DNA from: Azolla caroliniana
Lineage: Eukaryota; Plantae; Polypodiophyta
Length of the DNA: 64,000 nucleotides
Reading direction: 5' to 3'
NCBI GenBank assembly: GCA_043228905.1
Contig: JBHGNT010000021.1
Coordinates: 7,254,001-7,318,000, forward strand
The notes beneath the pieces were generated by a model. That model had not been told where the DNA came from and did no database searches. It worked only from the letters and a program-made list of their open reading frames with translations. This document shows positions 1-12,024 of the stretch, piece by piece. Every line of letters begins with the position of its first letter. Position 1 is the first letter of the stretch. Made by a program: the position numbers and the translations under genes.

Positions 1-700
1 ATCATAAATAAAAAAGATTAGACGATTTTGTTCCCATTTCACATATTTTGTTTTTCCAAATCAGCATTTAAAAGCTGCATTTGGACATATAAAAATTAAA
101 TTATTTTTTTTCTATATTTCCCCAAACCAGCATTTAAACCTTGCATTTGAAGATGATATGAAATCTGGATTTGTTTTTGGTGTACTTTTTTCCTTCTCTA
201 AATCAGCGTTTTAAAACTGTGTTTGAAGATGATATAAATATCAAGATTTTCAAGATTCTTTTGCATACATTTTCAAATCATCTGAAATCAAGATTTTTTG
301 CGTTTTTTTGGACTACTTCTCATTATTGGTCACATATATTCTTCTTTTCGGTTTGATATATTGAATCTTTTTGCAGAATTTTGCGCTGATCTAGAATTAA
401 CTTTTAAGGATGTATTTTTAAATATATATTTTTATTGTTTCAACGGGTTGAAATGTTTCTCAAATATGTATTCAAAGTTCATCTGAAATCAAGACTTTCA
501 AGATGGATGTGAATCCCCTGTTTTCCCCATTTTAAAAGTTGTTTAAAGCCATCGTCATGTGAGATTTCTCTCTATCCCTCCATCAATGCATGTGAACATA
601 CTTGAAAGGATGAGAATGTGATTAGACACTTTGAACATGATCTAAATCAAGAATGATGATAGCCATATTGGTACTATGGCAGTTGTTGCATTCTATTTTT

Positions 701-1950
701 GAGAGAGAGAGATTAATGTCTTTTAAAAGGCCAAAATGGCCTATAAGACTAACAAGAGATTACGGCTTAAGTGTTGTTTTGTCTTTGAGAACAACAAAAC
801 AAAATAAATGCTACTAAGTAAAAATAAAAGTAAATAAGATAAAAATAGACTAAAGATTCTTGTTATTGGTATATGTAAGATTCTCAAGCCAATATATATT
901 GTAATTTTTGTCTTTGAAAGATCTCTACCATAGGTCGATCCATTATGGAGAGGTCTCCGAAGCGATGAAAGCACCTACGATGGCGGGAGATAATGGCCTT
1001 TATTTGTTGATGACAAGGGTGGTGAGATCGTGGTCCATGAGGCTAGGGGCTACATGTACGACAAATTTCTATTGCCCGATCTAATTGTAACCCCTTCATT
1101 ATATCTTTGTTGAGAGCCCATTGGTTGAATGTGTGGAACGTATAGGCAAATGTGATCAAAGGTAGAGCATTGTATCAAAGTGTGATACTCTGACTCCTGA
1201 GCTTGTTTAGGGAAAAGTGTGCATAGTCTCCTACTTACATACCTTGTGCCCCAATGCCCTGTCTCACATTGTAGTGAGTTGAGTGAAGTTGTATGGAAGC
1301 AATGGTTCGGATGGTAGACAATGGGATGGGCTCATACATGTATTGATGTGCACAATTTCCCCGTCCAGTGAAGGATATGATTTTGTAGTTAGATGCACAT
1401 ATGAAGTATAATGTGTGAAACGTGAACCTCCACAAATTTCCCATGTCGAGATACATTTGTGTTGCAAAAAGGTCTCCTTCATATAGGAATTTATTGATGC
1501 ATCATGAAGCAAGTGTGTTGCATCTCATCTCCCTAACCAATTTTCTATATCTTGCATCCAACTAGAACACACAATTTTGCTTTGGTGTGTCTTTTGGATA
1601 TTTTTGCTTGCTTCCCATGCGATTCTAGGAAGTTGATGTGAGGGACTTTTTTGAACCTTAAGCATGTATTTGACAACCTTTCCCATGGCCATGATCTTAA
1701 TGGGTGGTGATCCTATCTCAAGATGTAGGGAGGTTTATGGTGTTTATTTCTTGACTTGGAGAAACTTTGTAAGAAAATGCTTTTGGACTTTTTAAAACTC
1801 TTTCCAAGTAGACTTAGGGATGCTACTGCCCCATACTTCCACCCTGTAGAGAAGCACTAGTGTCACCAAAGTGTCAAAAAGGTATTTCTCGAGGACCTAA
1901 CCTTTAAATCCTCCGCCACGGCATGTGTTCTCAAGTGCATAATATGCTCT
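701..1950 (-). mobile_element. Degenerate 5'-truncated non-LTR retrotransposon (RTE/RTE-X-like ORF2 C-terminus plus 3' tail ending in (CT)n)
   Basis: Minus strand 1890-1801 translates EKYLFDTLVTLVLLYRVEVWGSSIPKSTWK, resembling the post-RT 'LFDxLVxPVLxYGxEVWG' motif. Minus 1260-1141 gives ETGHW..RRLCTLFPKQAQESEYHTLIQC, a decayed C-terminal zinc finger. The tail at 800-701 matches the repeats at 18121 and 18391. Frameshifts and stops throughout. Confidence 0.7.
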
Positions 1951-2982
1951 CTTTCTTGTTCTATGCGATGGTAGGACATCCATTCTATCTATGATTTGAG
2001 GGGACTTCAAGGCTAAGGTATTTAAAGCTTTCCACAATCTTAAGTGGCTAGTTATTATACATAATGCATGGTTTGTCCTTATTTTGGCTCATCACAAGCA
2101 AACATTTGTTTTAGAGCTATTGACACTCAACTTAGTATGCATGCAAAACTCTTTTGATGCATTCATAAGCTTTTTGTTACACTTAATATGTATCCAATGA
2201 AAGCTTTGGTGTGAACTTAGTTAGAATAGTGTGAACCTAGTTAGTAACTATTGGGTTTCTAGCTACCTATAGATATTGGTTATCTAAACCATTCGATATC
2301 TTTGTAATGGCAAGCTCGTTTTTCCTAATCCATTGATTTTTTCCTTAAGTCTTTTAAGCAGTCTTGCTGGCTGGATGAGAGTTAGTATAAGAACTCTGTA
2401 TTTTGTACAAATGGCATCTAAGCAGGTTTAGGTTTCCTGCTCTATTCTATTCTTCCTAATAGGCATACAAAGATTTTTCTCTTTATCCCTTTCCGTCTAA
2501 GCGACAAAAAGTTCGAACAACAGAAAATCTGCAGCAAAGGTGATTATTTTCTCCTTTCACATTTTCAGAAAGCAGATTTGGAGCTGATTCTTTTGACTGC
2601 TTACACGCCCAGATTTTTGGTTCTAGAGATACAGCCAAAACAAGTTCTGCAGCAGTCTCAAACCCTAGCTGCACAGCAACCAGTTTTCAGCACAACACAA
2701 TAACTCTTCTCTCTTTCTTTCAGCCCATTGCTTATACTACACTTTTTAAGTGCACTGCGTAATTATTTTTTTGAAGCAGGTGATGCTTGTCACCATGAGC
2801 TTGCCGTACTCAAGCAAACCTCTTATAATGTAGAACTCGAAATTCAGCTTTAGAGCTAATGGAGAGTAATTTTAGAATGTTGACATGTTTATGTCTCATT
2901 GTTGATGTTATTTTTTGTTTAATAAGGTCCATCGAGAATTCTTTGCAAACTCTACAAGCAGGTTTTAGATGTTGTGACCAAC

Positions 2983-3202
2983 ACGGTGTTAACTTGTTCC
3001 GATGCAATTTAACTTCCTACATGTGAAATTAACCTGCTCATTTAGAAATTGCATCAGCGAGCCCAAAATCTTTGGGTATTTTCATTTTTATAACGGTGTT
3101 AACTTGTTCCGATGCAATTTAACTTCCTACATGTGAAATTAACCTGCTCATTTAAAAATTGCATCAGCGAGCCCAAAATCTTTGGGTATTTTCATGTTTA
3201 TA
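2983..3202. repeat. Near-perfect 110-bp tandem duplication
   Basis: ACGGTGTTAACTTGTTCCG...CATTTTTATA at 2983-3092 repeats at 3093-3202 with about 2 substitutions. Confidence 0.95.
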
Positions 3203-5222
3203 AACTTTCTCCCATTTGAAAATTTAGTGATATTGATGGTTTGATTGGTGTTTTACTCCCTTCATGAAGTTCCAAATAATGGTTCAGTAACTAAAAAATG
3301 AAGTCATGTGGTCCATTGTAACATATGATTAACTTTTGAATTTCGTTATATCACAACTTGTAGCCAACTTTAATGGTACTATAAGTTGCATCTTGAAAAA
3401 AAAGTCATATTAATATTTATGGTCACATATAATTATAAAGCTAATATTGCTGAGAGACAATTTAAAAATTACCCTTAATGTATTTAAAAAACAATACAGT
3501 ACCATTTGTATTTTCATAGTCTACCTTCTGTAAAAAGGTATCTCATAAAGCAAGTTTTAAAAAAAATCAACACCTGATAAAGCTTCCAATAAGCATTTTA
3601 ACTAGATCCTATTCTTCAATCTGAATAGCAAGCTTGTTATTCAAAATATTAAGCATCCTAATAAGATTTCACGTGTCCCTCAGACAATAACTAAAAATAT
3701 TAAGCATGCTATTCAGGATATTAAATATCTTATTAACTAGAATACCATGCATTCTAATGATCGGATTGTTAAACATCCTTCATAAAAAAGGTGAAAATTT
3801 TTATTTGCTGAATATAAGCAGAACTTTGTGGGCTACATTTTTTTGCATGTTTTGATATTATAAAAAATACTAGGGGTATTGCGGATATTACCCTATACAT
3901 GAGAGGTATGTTTGATATTTTACCTATTGATATGGAAATGTAATCAATGTGTTTGGTCTGAAAGTGTCAAGGTTATTGCTTTCTAGAATGTCATGCATAA
4001 ATAACTATCATTTGAGCTGACCACGTTTTTTCTCTTTGTGACAGGTATCATCACAATGCATTTTTTGCATGTAGAGCGCTTCATATTATCAACAACTTGA
4101 ACAACTCTTTCACATACCCTTTGCTGGAGTTGTTTTTTGATAATCAGGTTCTTTCTCTTATTTGTGCATATATGAATTGGTATTTCATAGGTATCACTTC
4201 TGATCATGTACTGTAGAGGATTGATGAGTACACACAAATATAAATAAATCTTTATCATCGCCCTCTCTCTCGTGCACATTCCCTTGCCACCTTATACGAT
4301 CCTCTTTTGTAATAATCCCTTACACTACTAAAAAATTATTTTATCCACAAAACTTGAAGTTTTGTAAGTTGTGACCAAATGTTAGCATGAAGGTGAACTT
4401 GCAACTGTCTAAATCACTCCATCGTATAGGATGTGACCGATTTGTGATTCTTGAGTGCCTTCCATTTAGAATATCTATTTCTATCATTTCTTTCAAGGTA
4501 TAGTAAGTGACAACCAGATCAATGGAAATACAAATAGTATTGCAATTTGAAGTAGATTCTTAATAGAGAAACCTTTTTATATTTAATACAAAGATTTCGT
4601 GAAGAGTTAAAAGAGTGTGCCCTTAGAGTGCATTAAATGTTCGATCTCAAAGACAGATTGATATCCAAAGGCATTTCCAAATGACTTGTAAACAATTCTG
4701 TAAAGCAAGATGCTGAATACAGTGCTGAAATAGTTCAAAATGCATGGAATTGATCATTTGGCTATTGCTATTAGGTTCCTAAATCTTAGGTTGACCATCC
4801 ATGTAGATGTGTTTATGTGTTTACTCAGACATTCTTTGAGATTGATATGTATATCCTGTCTTTTTTGAATGTTCTAGTCTGAAGACAGAAATAATGGTCT
4901 ATTGGTTAAGTTGTAATAATTTTTGTATGTTTTCATCTCGCATTCAGGTTTCTCAATAGGAATATAACATAAGGAAAAACTCTGAAATGCTGTAGTTCTT
5001 TGATCTGTTCCCAAATGCTCGTGCATTTTCGCTATTTCCCTGAATGCAGCTGCACTTTCATCATTTCTCCAAATGCTACTTTCAACCCCTGAAAGAGCAA
5101 TTATATGTGCTAAATTCATCCCCTTGTTCTCAGAATTTTTTCCTCTACTGTATTACAAGAAATAAGCACATGTAATGCATGTGCGAAGAGTATAAAATAA
5201 TAATTTGTTTCTCTATTCATAG

Positions 5223-5810
5223 GATGCCTTTTTAAATAGTGCTACTATAGAGGAGACACCATCCTCTGTTGTGGACAGAATAGTGCAACTTGCAGTTCAA
5301 AACTTCAATGAGCTTCTGCCTTCAGAATTGGAGAGCATCTTCAAGGCGGCGTTTTCAGATTGGAAGACAGATTTGGCCACACGAATATCGTTTAAGGTAA
5401 TTAACAAATGTTTTGCTGGTATATGTAAATAAGGTGGCATAGAAAAAATCTCGAAAATACCTGAGGTTTTCTTATCCCCTTAAGTAACCTTAGCTGAATC
5501 CCCTCTTGAGCAATTAGACATGCTATATTTTGGGGGAAATAATAAAATCACAGGCATTTCAGAGTTCTTTTTGCATATTTTATAATTAGCTAGATAATTT
5601 GAAGCCATATGCTCATTGAAGTTTTAAACCCCTAACCCTATGGTTTGACTTTTGTAGTTTGGATGCTCAAGAGTTGTCGTCGGCACACCTTACTTTTTTG
5701 TCAATGGAATCCCTCTTTATGATGCAGATTCTTCATGGACTTTCTCAGATTGGGAAGAGATAATTGGTCCTCTTCTGTCCGAAAACTCTAAATATTATGC
5801 TGATGCTTGA
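5223..5810 (+). CDS. Last two exons of a plant DsbA-like / Thioredoxin_4 superfamily protein (At1g20225/At1g76020 type)
   Basis: Exons 5223-5396 and 5658-5810 have AG/GT boundaries in phase 0. They encode DAFLNSAT...AAFSDWKTDLATRISFK|FGCSRVVVGTPYFFVNGIPLYDADSSWTFSDWEEIIGPLL...*, matching the family C-terminus TRxSFKyxxSRGVxGTPxFfVNG. Upstream exons were not identified and may lie left of the window. Confidence 0.85.
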
Positions 5811-6196
5811 CTTTTGTAGTTTATAATATGGCAATGGAATGATGTATATACCTATTTCGTCTTGATCAATGCTGTAGCCTCTTCAAATAATATTGAGCAA
5901 CTTTTCTCACTTCATAATTGATTGGATTTTTGTGTTTGTTTGAGCGGTTTAGGGTTTAACACCATCTTTTGTCAAGTATGGGATTCGTTGAGAGTTATGC
6001 ATGTCATGTAATGGAACTTTATTAAACCCATATGTAAATCTTGAATCGATTTAATCTTCACATGGATGGAGTTATCCTTATCCAATTCGGGAAAATGAGA
6101 GGCCCCTGGCACTTAAGTATAATCCAATGCAACTAACTTGACAATGTCAATGTGGTAGCACAACCCAATCAAACATAAATTGCGTCTTATAATAAT

Positions 6197-8179
6197 TTAT
6201 GATGTCCTGTCATCAGCCATATACATATTTGATAATAATACATATGATGCAGCATTGTTGGGGTCTAGTTCAACCAGCATCTTTGCTACACGCTGTCCTT
6301 GCACCACATTAGTCACATGTTTGAAAAAGCTAAGTAGCATTACAAGTGCAATAACCATAGCTTCGTGTGACAGATAGTTGAGCAGCAGCTCAGCCTCATC
6401 GATCTGACCAGCTCTACCAAGCATATCTATTAAACAAAGCATATGTTCATCAACAAGCTTTACGCCACATTCTGTGATCAAAGAAACACATTGCAAACCC
6501 TCGGAGACAAGACCAGCATGGCTACAAGCTAGAAGCACGGTAACAAAAGTAACTTTATTTGGTGGGATCTCTTCATATTGCATTAGGTTAAAAAACTGAA
6601 TAGCTTTCCAACCTTCTCCATCTTGTGCGTATGCAATAATTATAGAAGTCCATAAGATAACATCTCTTTGTGGCGTGTTAAGGAATACATGCAAAGCATC
6701 ATTGATATCCCCACACTTCCCATACATGTTGATAAGAGTAGACACCATGGCACTATCAAGTGTTAAGTTTTTCTCTACTATACAAGCATACAGAATCCTC
6801 CCTGCCTCCAAAGATGCCTTATGCCCACATACAATGAGAATGCTTGTTAAAGTTATCTCATCTGGCACAAAGCCTTCTTGCCACATATCAATAAAAAGTT
6901 GAATTGCAATCTCAGTCTCCATGTGATCTGTGCATGCTGTAATCATTGTGTTCCAAGAGACCATAGATCGGTTATAAATTGAATTGAACACCTTCCTCGC
7001 ATCATGTAGAGTACCACATTTGGCATACATATTAACAAGGGAATTGTGAACTTCAACATCAGATTGACACTTTATGGATTGGATAATGGTAGCATGCAAT
7101 CGCCGTCCTTCAGTTTGTGCTCCTAGATTGCCTAAAGCATTCAAAAGTATAAGAAAGCTTGCTTTACTTGGCAAAATTCCTTCATGTAGCATTTGACAAT
7201 AAAGCTGCTGAACTTCTACACATTTTCCACCATTCTTATACGCTGCAAGTAATGCACTCCAAGATACGGTGTTTCTCTGTTGCATACTGTCAAACATATT
7301 TGAGACATCATTCAAGCTACCACACTTTCCATACATAGAAACAAGGGCGGTTTCAAGAAAGACATCCAAGTTGAAACCAAAATGTATGATAGTAGCGTGG
7401 ATAACCTTACCTGATACCAAAATATCATAACCTTCACATGCTGAAAGAAGAGTGCTATAAGTTATTTTGTTTGCTAGAAAACCCTGTTGTGACATATGAT
7501 GGTAAATTTGTAGGGCATCTTTTCCACATCCATGATCAGCATAGGCAGACACCATGGATGTCAAAAGAACCACATTCTTCTCTTTCATTTTGTCGAAAGT
7601 TTCTCGTGCATCTTTCAGACTACCGCATCGCCCATACATGGTAATGATGGAGCTACATACAACAACATCAACATCATCACCACATTCTAATAACAAGGAA
7701 TGGATTCTTTTGCCATCATCCAGAGAAGAACAAACACGGAAGAGGTTCATGACAGTAACCTTGTTAGGAAAGATCCCATCAAGGAGCATCTGATTGAAGA
7801 GATGGATAGAATCATCATAAGCAACACATGAAGAGATCATCATAGTCCATGTGACAACATTTCTAGATGGCATTGCATCAAAGATTCTTCTACAATCATT
7901 CATGTGACCGCAATTTTTGAACATGTTGACAAGGGATGATCCAACAACAACATCAGAATCGAAAGAACTGTTTAGAATGATACAATACATTCTCTTGGCA
8001 TGGTATGTGTAGGTGTGGCATGTGAATGAAGAAATGAGACATACAAAGGTTGCCTTAGAAGGAAGTAATCCTTGAGCCTGTATCTGGTGGAAAGCTTGAA
8101 GAGCATCTTCCACTTGTTTTCTCTGAGAGAACTCTTTGATGATATGATTCCATGCAGATATCTCTCTCTCCACCACCAT
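6197..8179 (-). CDS. Intronless PLS-class pentatricopeptide repeat protein, 660 aa, ending in the E-domain YVLLSNxY motif; no DYW domain
   Basis: Repeated LVxMYxKCG / VVSWxxMI / PNKVTF motifs, LLACSHAGLVSEG, CLIDMLGRAGQIDEA and terminal LDPNNAASYVLLSNMY. Confidence 0.93.
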   Translation of the reverse strand: MVVEREISAWNHIIKEFSQRKQVEDALQAFHQIQAQGLLPSKATFVCLISSFTCHTYTYHAKRMYCIILNSSFDSDVVVGSSLVNMFKNCGHMNDCRRIFDAMPSRNVVTWTMMISSCVAYDDSIHLFNQMLLDGIFPNKVTVMNLFRVCSSLDDGKRIHSLLLECGDDVDVVVCSSIITMYGRCGSLKDARETFDKMKEKNVVLLTSMVSAYADHGCGKDALQIYHHMSQQGFLANKITYSTLLSACEGYDILVSGKVIHATIIHFGFNLDVFLETALVSMYGKCGSLNDVSNMFDSMQQRNTVSWSALLAAYKNGGKCVEVQQLYCQMLHEGILPSKASFLILLNALGNLGAQTEGRRLHATIIQSIKCQSDVEVHNSLVNMYAKCGTLHDARKVFNSIYNRSMVSWNTMITACTDHMETEIAIQLFIDMWQEGFVPDEITLTSILIVCGHKASLEAGRILYACIVEKNLTLDSAMVSTLINMYGKCGDINDALHVFLNTPQRDVILWTSIIIAYAQDGEGWKAIQFFNLMQYEEIPPNKVTFVTVLLACSHAGLVSEGLQCVSLITECGVKLVDEHMLCLIDMLGRAGQIDEAELLLNYLSHEAMVIALVMLLSFFKHVTNVVQGQRVAKMLVELDPNNAASYVLLSNMYMADDRTS

Positions 8180-8261
8180 GGGAGGTTAAAGGTATGCCCC
8201 CAACAAAACTCTGTAAGGCTTCATGTTTGTATAGAACAGGAACCTTGAACCCATTATGGCA

Positions 8262-8330
8262 TTTGAAACAAACTGTTAAACCGTTAAACCGGGGTTTCGC
8301 GGTTTGGTTCGGTTCAAACTGAACCGTTGC
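8262..8330. mobile_element. Cluster of AAACCG/CGGTT motifs resembling hAT/MITE subterminal repeats
   Basis: aaccgttaaaccggggtttcgcggtttggttcggttcaaactgaaccgtt; a similar cluster lies at 22810-22905. No TIR or TSD was found. Confidence 0.4.
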
Positions 8331-11191
8331 CAATTGCTTCTTGTGAAGCATACGGGCTCAGCATTGACCCTAATAATTGGGTTTCAAGGTGCACAAACTT
8401 TGAACATGGCACCAAGTTTGTGTGGCACTAAGTAAAATCGGCATATTATACAATGATTTGACTTTTCAACGCAGATTATTGGGGGAGAAACTTTTAGGAA
8501 GTTGGCTATTCGGAGGTTTTCGTATCCGATTTGGTCAATCTTTCAAGTCCCCCAAAACCTTAAATGTGCTAGATACATATTATCTTTAAGCAAAGTCACA
8601 ACTTGAGTTGTGAACTTGGAGGGCACCCCATTTTATCACGTTCCAATTTCTCTACTTTAATATATGGCAATTGGGAAAAAGACTATGTTGACAAGGCATT
8701 GAAGTGATAACCTTATCATTGTTGACTAGACTAGTTTTTGTACTAGATAAAAGTGTGGACAATATTTTGATGGAAACTAGGGCCAAACAATCCATTCATC
8801 ATTTATTTAGCCATATACTCATTCTTCCCATATTGGTTATCACCAATGGTGAGAAGAGTCAATGTTTTAATATGCACAATTTGCTCATCCATTTTTGTGA
8901 GAAAAACAATATCTACTTTCTTAGTCCAATGTCTTCATAAACCGATGTCCCTTTGATTTTTCTTTCTTATTTTAATTTATGCTTTATAACCCATTTTTTG
9001 CCTGGTGGATGTTATTTTCTTATGAGAATTTCCTAGCGTGCACTTTTTAGGTTTTAGAACTGTTTTTTGCTATTAGGTTACAATCCTTAGGCAAACTACT
9101 TAAGGGGGAACACTTGCATTATTCCATGAGGATCATACTTCTTTGGTTCATGATCTTGTGGCTTTATGGAAATAAGAATCCAAGGTACGTTTGATGTAAC
9201 ATACCATAGTGAATAAAGGCTTGCACTCTGGGTTAACTCAATGTACAATGATTATTTCTTTGGTTTAATTCTAGTCCTTCTTATTAGAAAATTCATTGTT
9301 TCTTCAAAATAAAGATTGATTTTTTATGATCCTGTAAGATAGTTGTCACTTCCTAAGACAAAGAGAGATTATCAAGCGAGTGAAGCAACCAAAGGAAATT
9401 TCCATTCGAAAACACCTCTACAAACTATATGTTTCGAAACCATATAATCATTATTCATGCAATCATTATCAGTAACATGTTACAATTCTTCCCATTTTTT
9501 AATGTCTAAGTATATACTATTTGTGATACTTTCACGAGCCATTCTGATCATTCTGTTTTACTTTTATATTGCAATATTTTTCAGGTGAATAAACTTGGGC
9601 ATTTGAAGGTAGATTGTGAAGATCACACCACCACAAATAGTAACATGTGTTAGCAACTTTTGCACGCATGGGCCCAAATTCCTAATGTATGCCTCACATA
9701 CACTAGACTAGGTAGTAGGGACAACACATTGCTTTAGAAAACTTTAGATTGGTGGGAGAGAGAAAAAGCCCATTTTCTCCCCGCTTCTAGCCCTCCGAAG
9801 CCATGCGTCCTCGCATATCACCCCTTTCATATCAAACCTTGGTCTAGGAATACATCCTTTTTTTTTCTAATCTATATGTTGCTACAATCCCCAGTAAGCA
9901 ATCAAATCCCCACTCTTCTTTTAATTTATAAGTCATTACTGGGATGTGTCTCTACACACGTGAGTGCGCGTGCATGCATGCGCACACACAATAATGGTTA
10001 GTCTTATTTTAGTAGAATGACTTAGACCAATGTGAGTCTTGAGAGGTTAGTTCCAAACCAATTTGTCATACCTTTTAAAGAAACCAATCTTGATGTGTAT
10101 ATCTCAAAATAGTGCATCGGAATATTGTGTCCAATAATGCATGTACAAAAAATAACTCTATTATGTCCTTTTGTGGAGTGTTGAAATAACATATCAACAA
10201 TCATTTAATTCTTTTATGTGATTGAACTAAAATAATGGTTATATTACATCAAACTTTTGAGCACCCATGAATGCATGGGGAGCCTCGATAATGTGTATGT
10301 GTGTGTATATATATATTCGTGGTTCTCATATATTCTTCAATAATCCAAAAAGTATGATGTGGCTTACTGAATTCTACATATATAAGTATGTGATTCCATA
10401 TAGGAAAACTTGTGATTGAAGTATTTTGTCGATAATCAAACTCTTAAAAAAAAAAAACTCTTCAAGAGTTTTAAAATAGTTTAGAATTAAACAGGAACAC
10501 ACAACAATAGACTTGCAATAATTTGCATAATCTTATCGCCGTGAAAGTCAATATTGTTGGGCAGCAATGAGAGAAGTTGATATTAAAGAATCGTTCCTTC
10601 GAGGTACAACAATTACCATTTAAAATAGTATAAATATGAATATGTATATATTCCTTTAACAAGCTTGCTTGCATCAAATGATGCTTTTGGCTTCCTCTAG
10701 TAAAAGCCCAATATTTATAACATGCTAATGCCAACATGTTTTGATTACGTATAAGGTCTTATGTCATCAATCTAGTTTATGGGCAACGTCTTAGCCAATT
10801 ATGACTTCTTGTACCATCGCAAAGTCAGAATGATTGTATGACTTTTCCTCCATACTTTGGCAACTAATTTTCCCCCTTAGATGCTACTAGTCTTTATTGA
10901 AATCAAGGGAATTGTGGAAGCAACTTAGAAAATGATGGACTAACTCCTTGGCCAAATGTTTTTGTATACAATGACATGTTTCATAATTCTGGTTGTCAAC
11001 AGGCTAGCGAATTCATTTCTTGTGAACAAAGATATCATTGTTGATTGACTATAATTGTGTGACCACTTCCACATTTCGTTTTTGAGGGGGACCTAGTCAC
11101 TCCAACTGTTCACGACAATGGACGTGGCGAGTGTATTGATCACATGCGTATAGTAATTAGGAATGGAGATAAATAAACGAGGAGAATGAAA

Positions 11192-11401
11192 GGGGGTGGG
11201 GGTGGGGGGGGGGGGGGGGGGGCACAAGCAAACAAACCGTCATTGGGTAATGCATTAAGGAATTAGGTTAGTCATTCCATAACCTCAAGGATGTACGATT
11301 TGTTAAACCCTAATCTCTCTCTCTCTATATATATATATACAATACACACACACACACACACACATGTATGTATGTATATATATGTGTTATACATACATAC
11401 A

Positions 11402-11437
<36 letters not shown>

Positions 11438-11640
11438 TATATACATATGCACATGTATACATATACATATACTGTTATACATACATATATATATATATGT
11501 ACATATATATGTGTGTGTGTTGTAAGAACGAAGCAATACACAATACATGCAATACATAGAGAACAGTTTGCATAAGCAAAAAAGCAAAAAGCAAAAAGCA
11601 AAAGGCAAAAGGCCAAAGGCAAAAAAAGGACAAAAAAGAA
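11192..11640. repeat. G-tract followed by a compound microsatellite (CT, TA, CA, TACA, GCAAAAA)
   Basis: Directly visible. It produces several spurious low-complexity ORFs in the track. Confidence 0.95.
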
Positions 11641-11688
11641 GAAGAGAGAAATGCGAATCCGAAGCGGAAATGCCGGAAAAGCTCCAAA

Positions 11689-11726
11689 GCTGACGTGGCG
11701 GATTGGCCATGGCAGGCTGACGTGGC
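11689..11726 (+). promoter_or_regulatory. Two identical GCTGACGTGGC bZIP sites (ABRE/Hex/UPRE-type) flanking a reverse CCAAT box
   Basis: 11-mers at 11689-11699 and 11716-11726, ATTGG at 11702-11706, about 300 bp upstream of the TBC gene ATG. Confidence 0.6.
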
Positions 11727-12024
11727 AGGGTGGCGGTTCCGCCCCACAAAAAAAAAAAAAAGAGATAAAAAAAAGTAATAAAAAATAAATAAAAAATAAA
11801 AAATAAAAAGAAATAAAGAAAATAGAAAAATAGAGAGGTCTAATTTGTATGTGTATGTACATACTCTGTTTTTTTTTCTTATTGCTTGTTTCTCTCTCTG
11901 TCTACATATCCGTCTCTCTGTGTTTCTCTCTGTTTCTCTCTTAAATCTTTCCTTCTTCTTCTTCTTCTTCTTCTTCTTCATTCTTCTTCTTCTTCTTCTT
12001 CTTTTTCTGCTTCATTCTTCCACC

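Noticed and set aside
11272-11981. Long ORFs over microsatellites (also 49420-50026 and 36115-36763)
   Set aside because: Low-complexity translations of simple repeats or LTR sequence.
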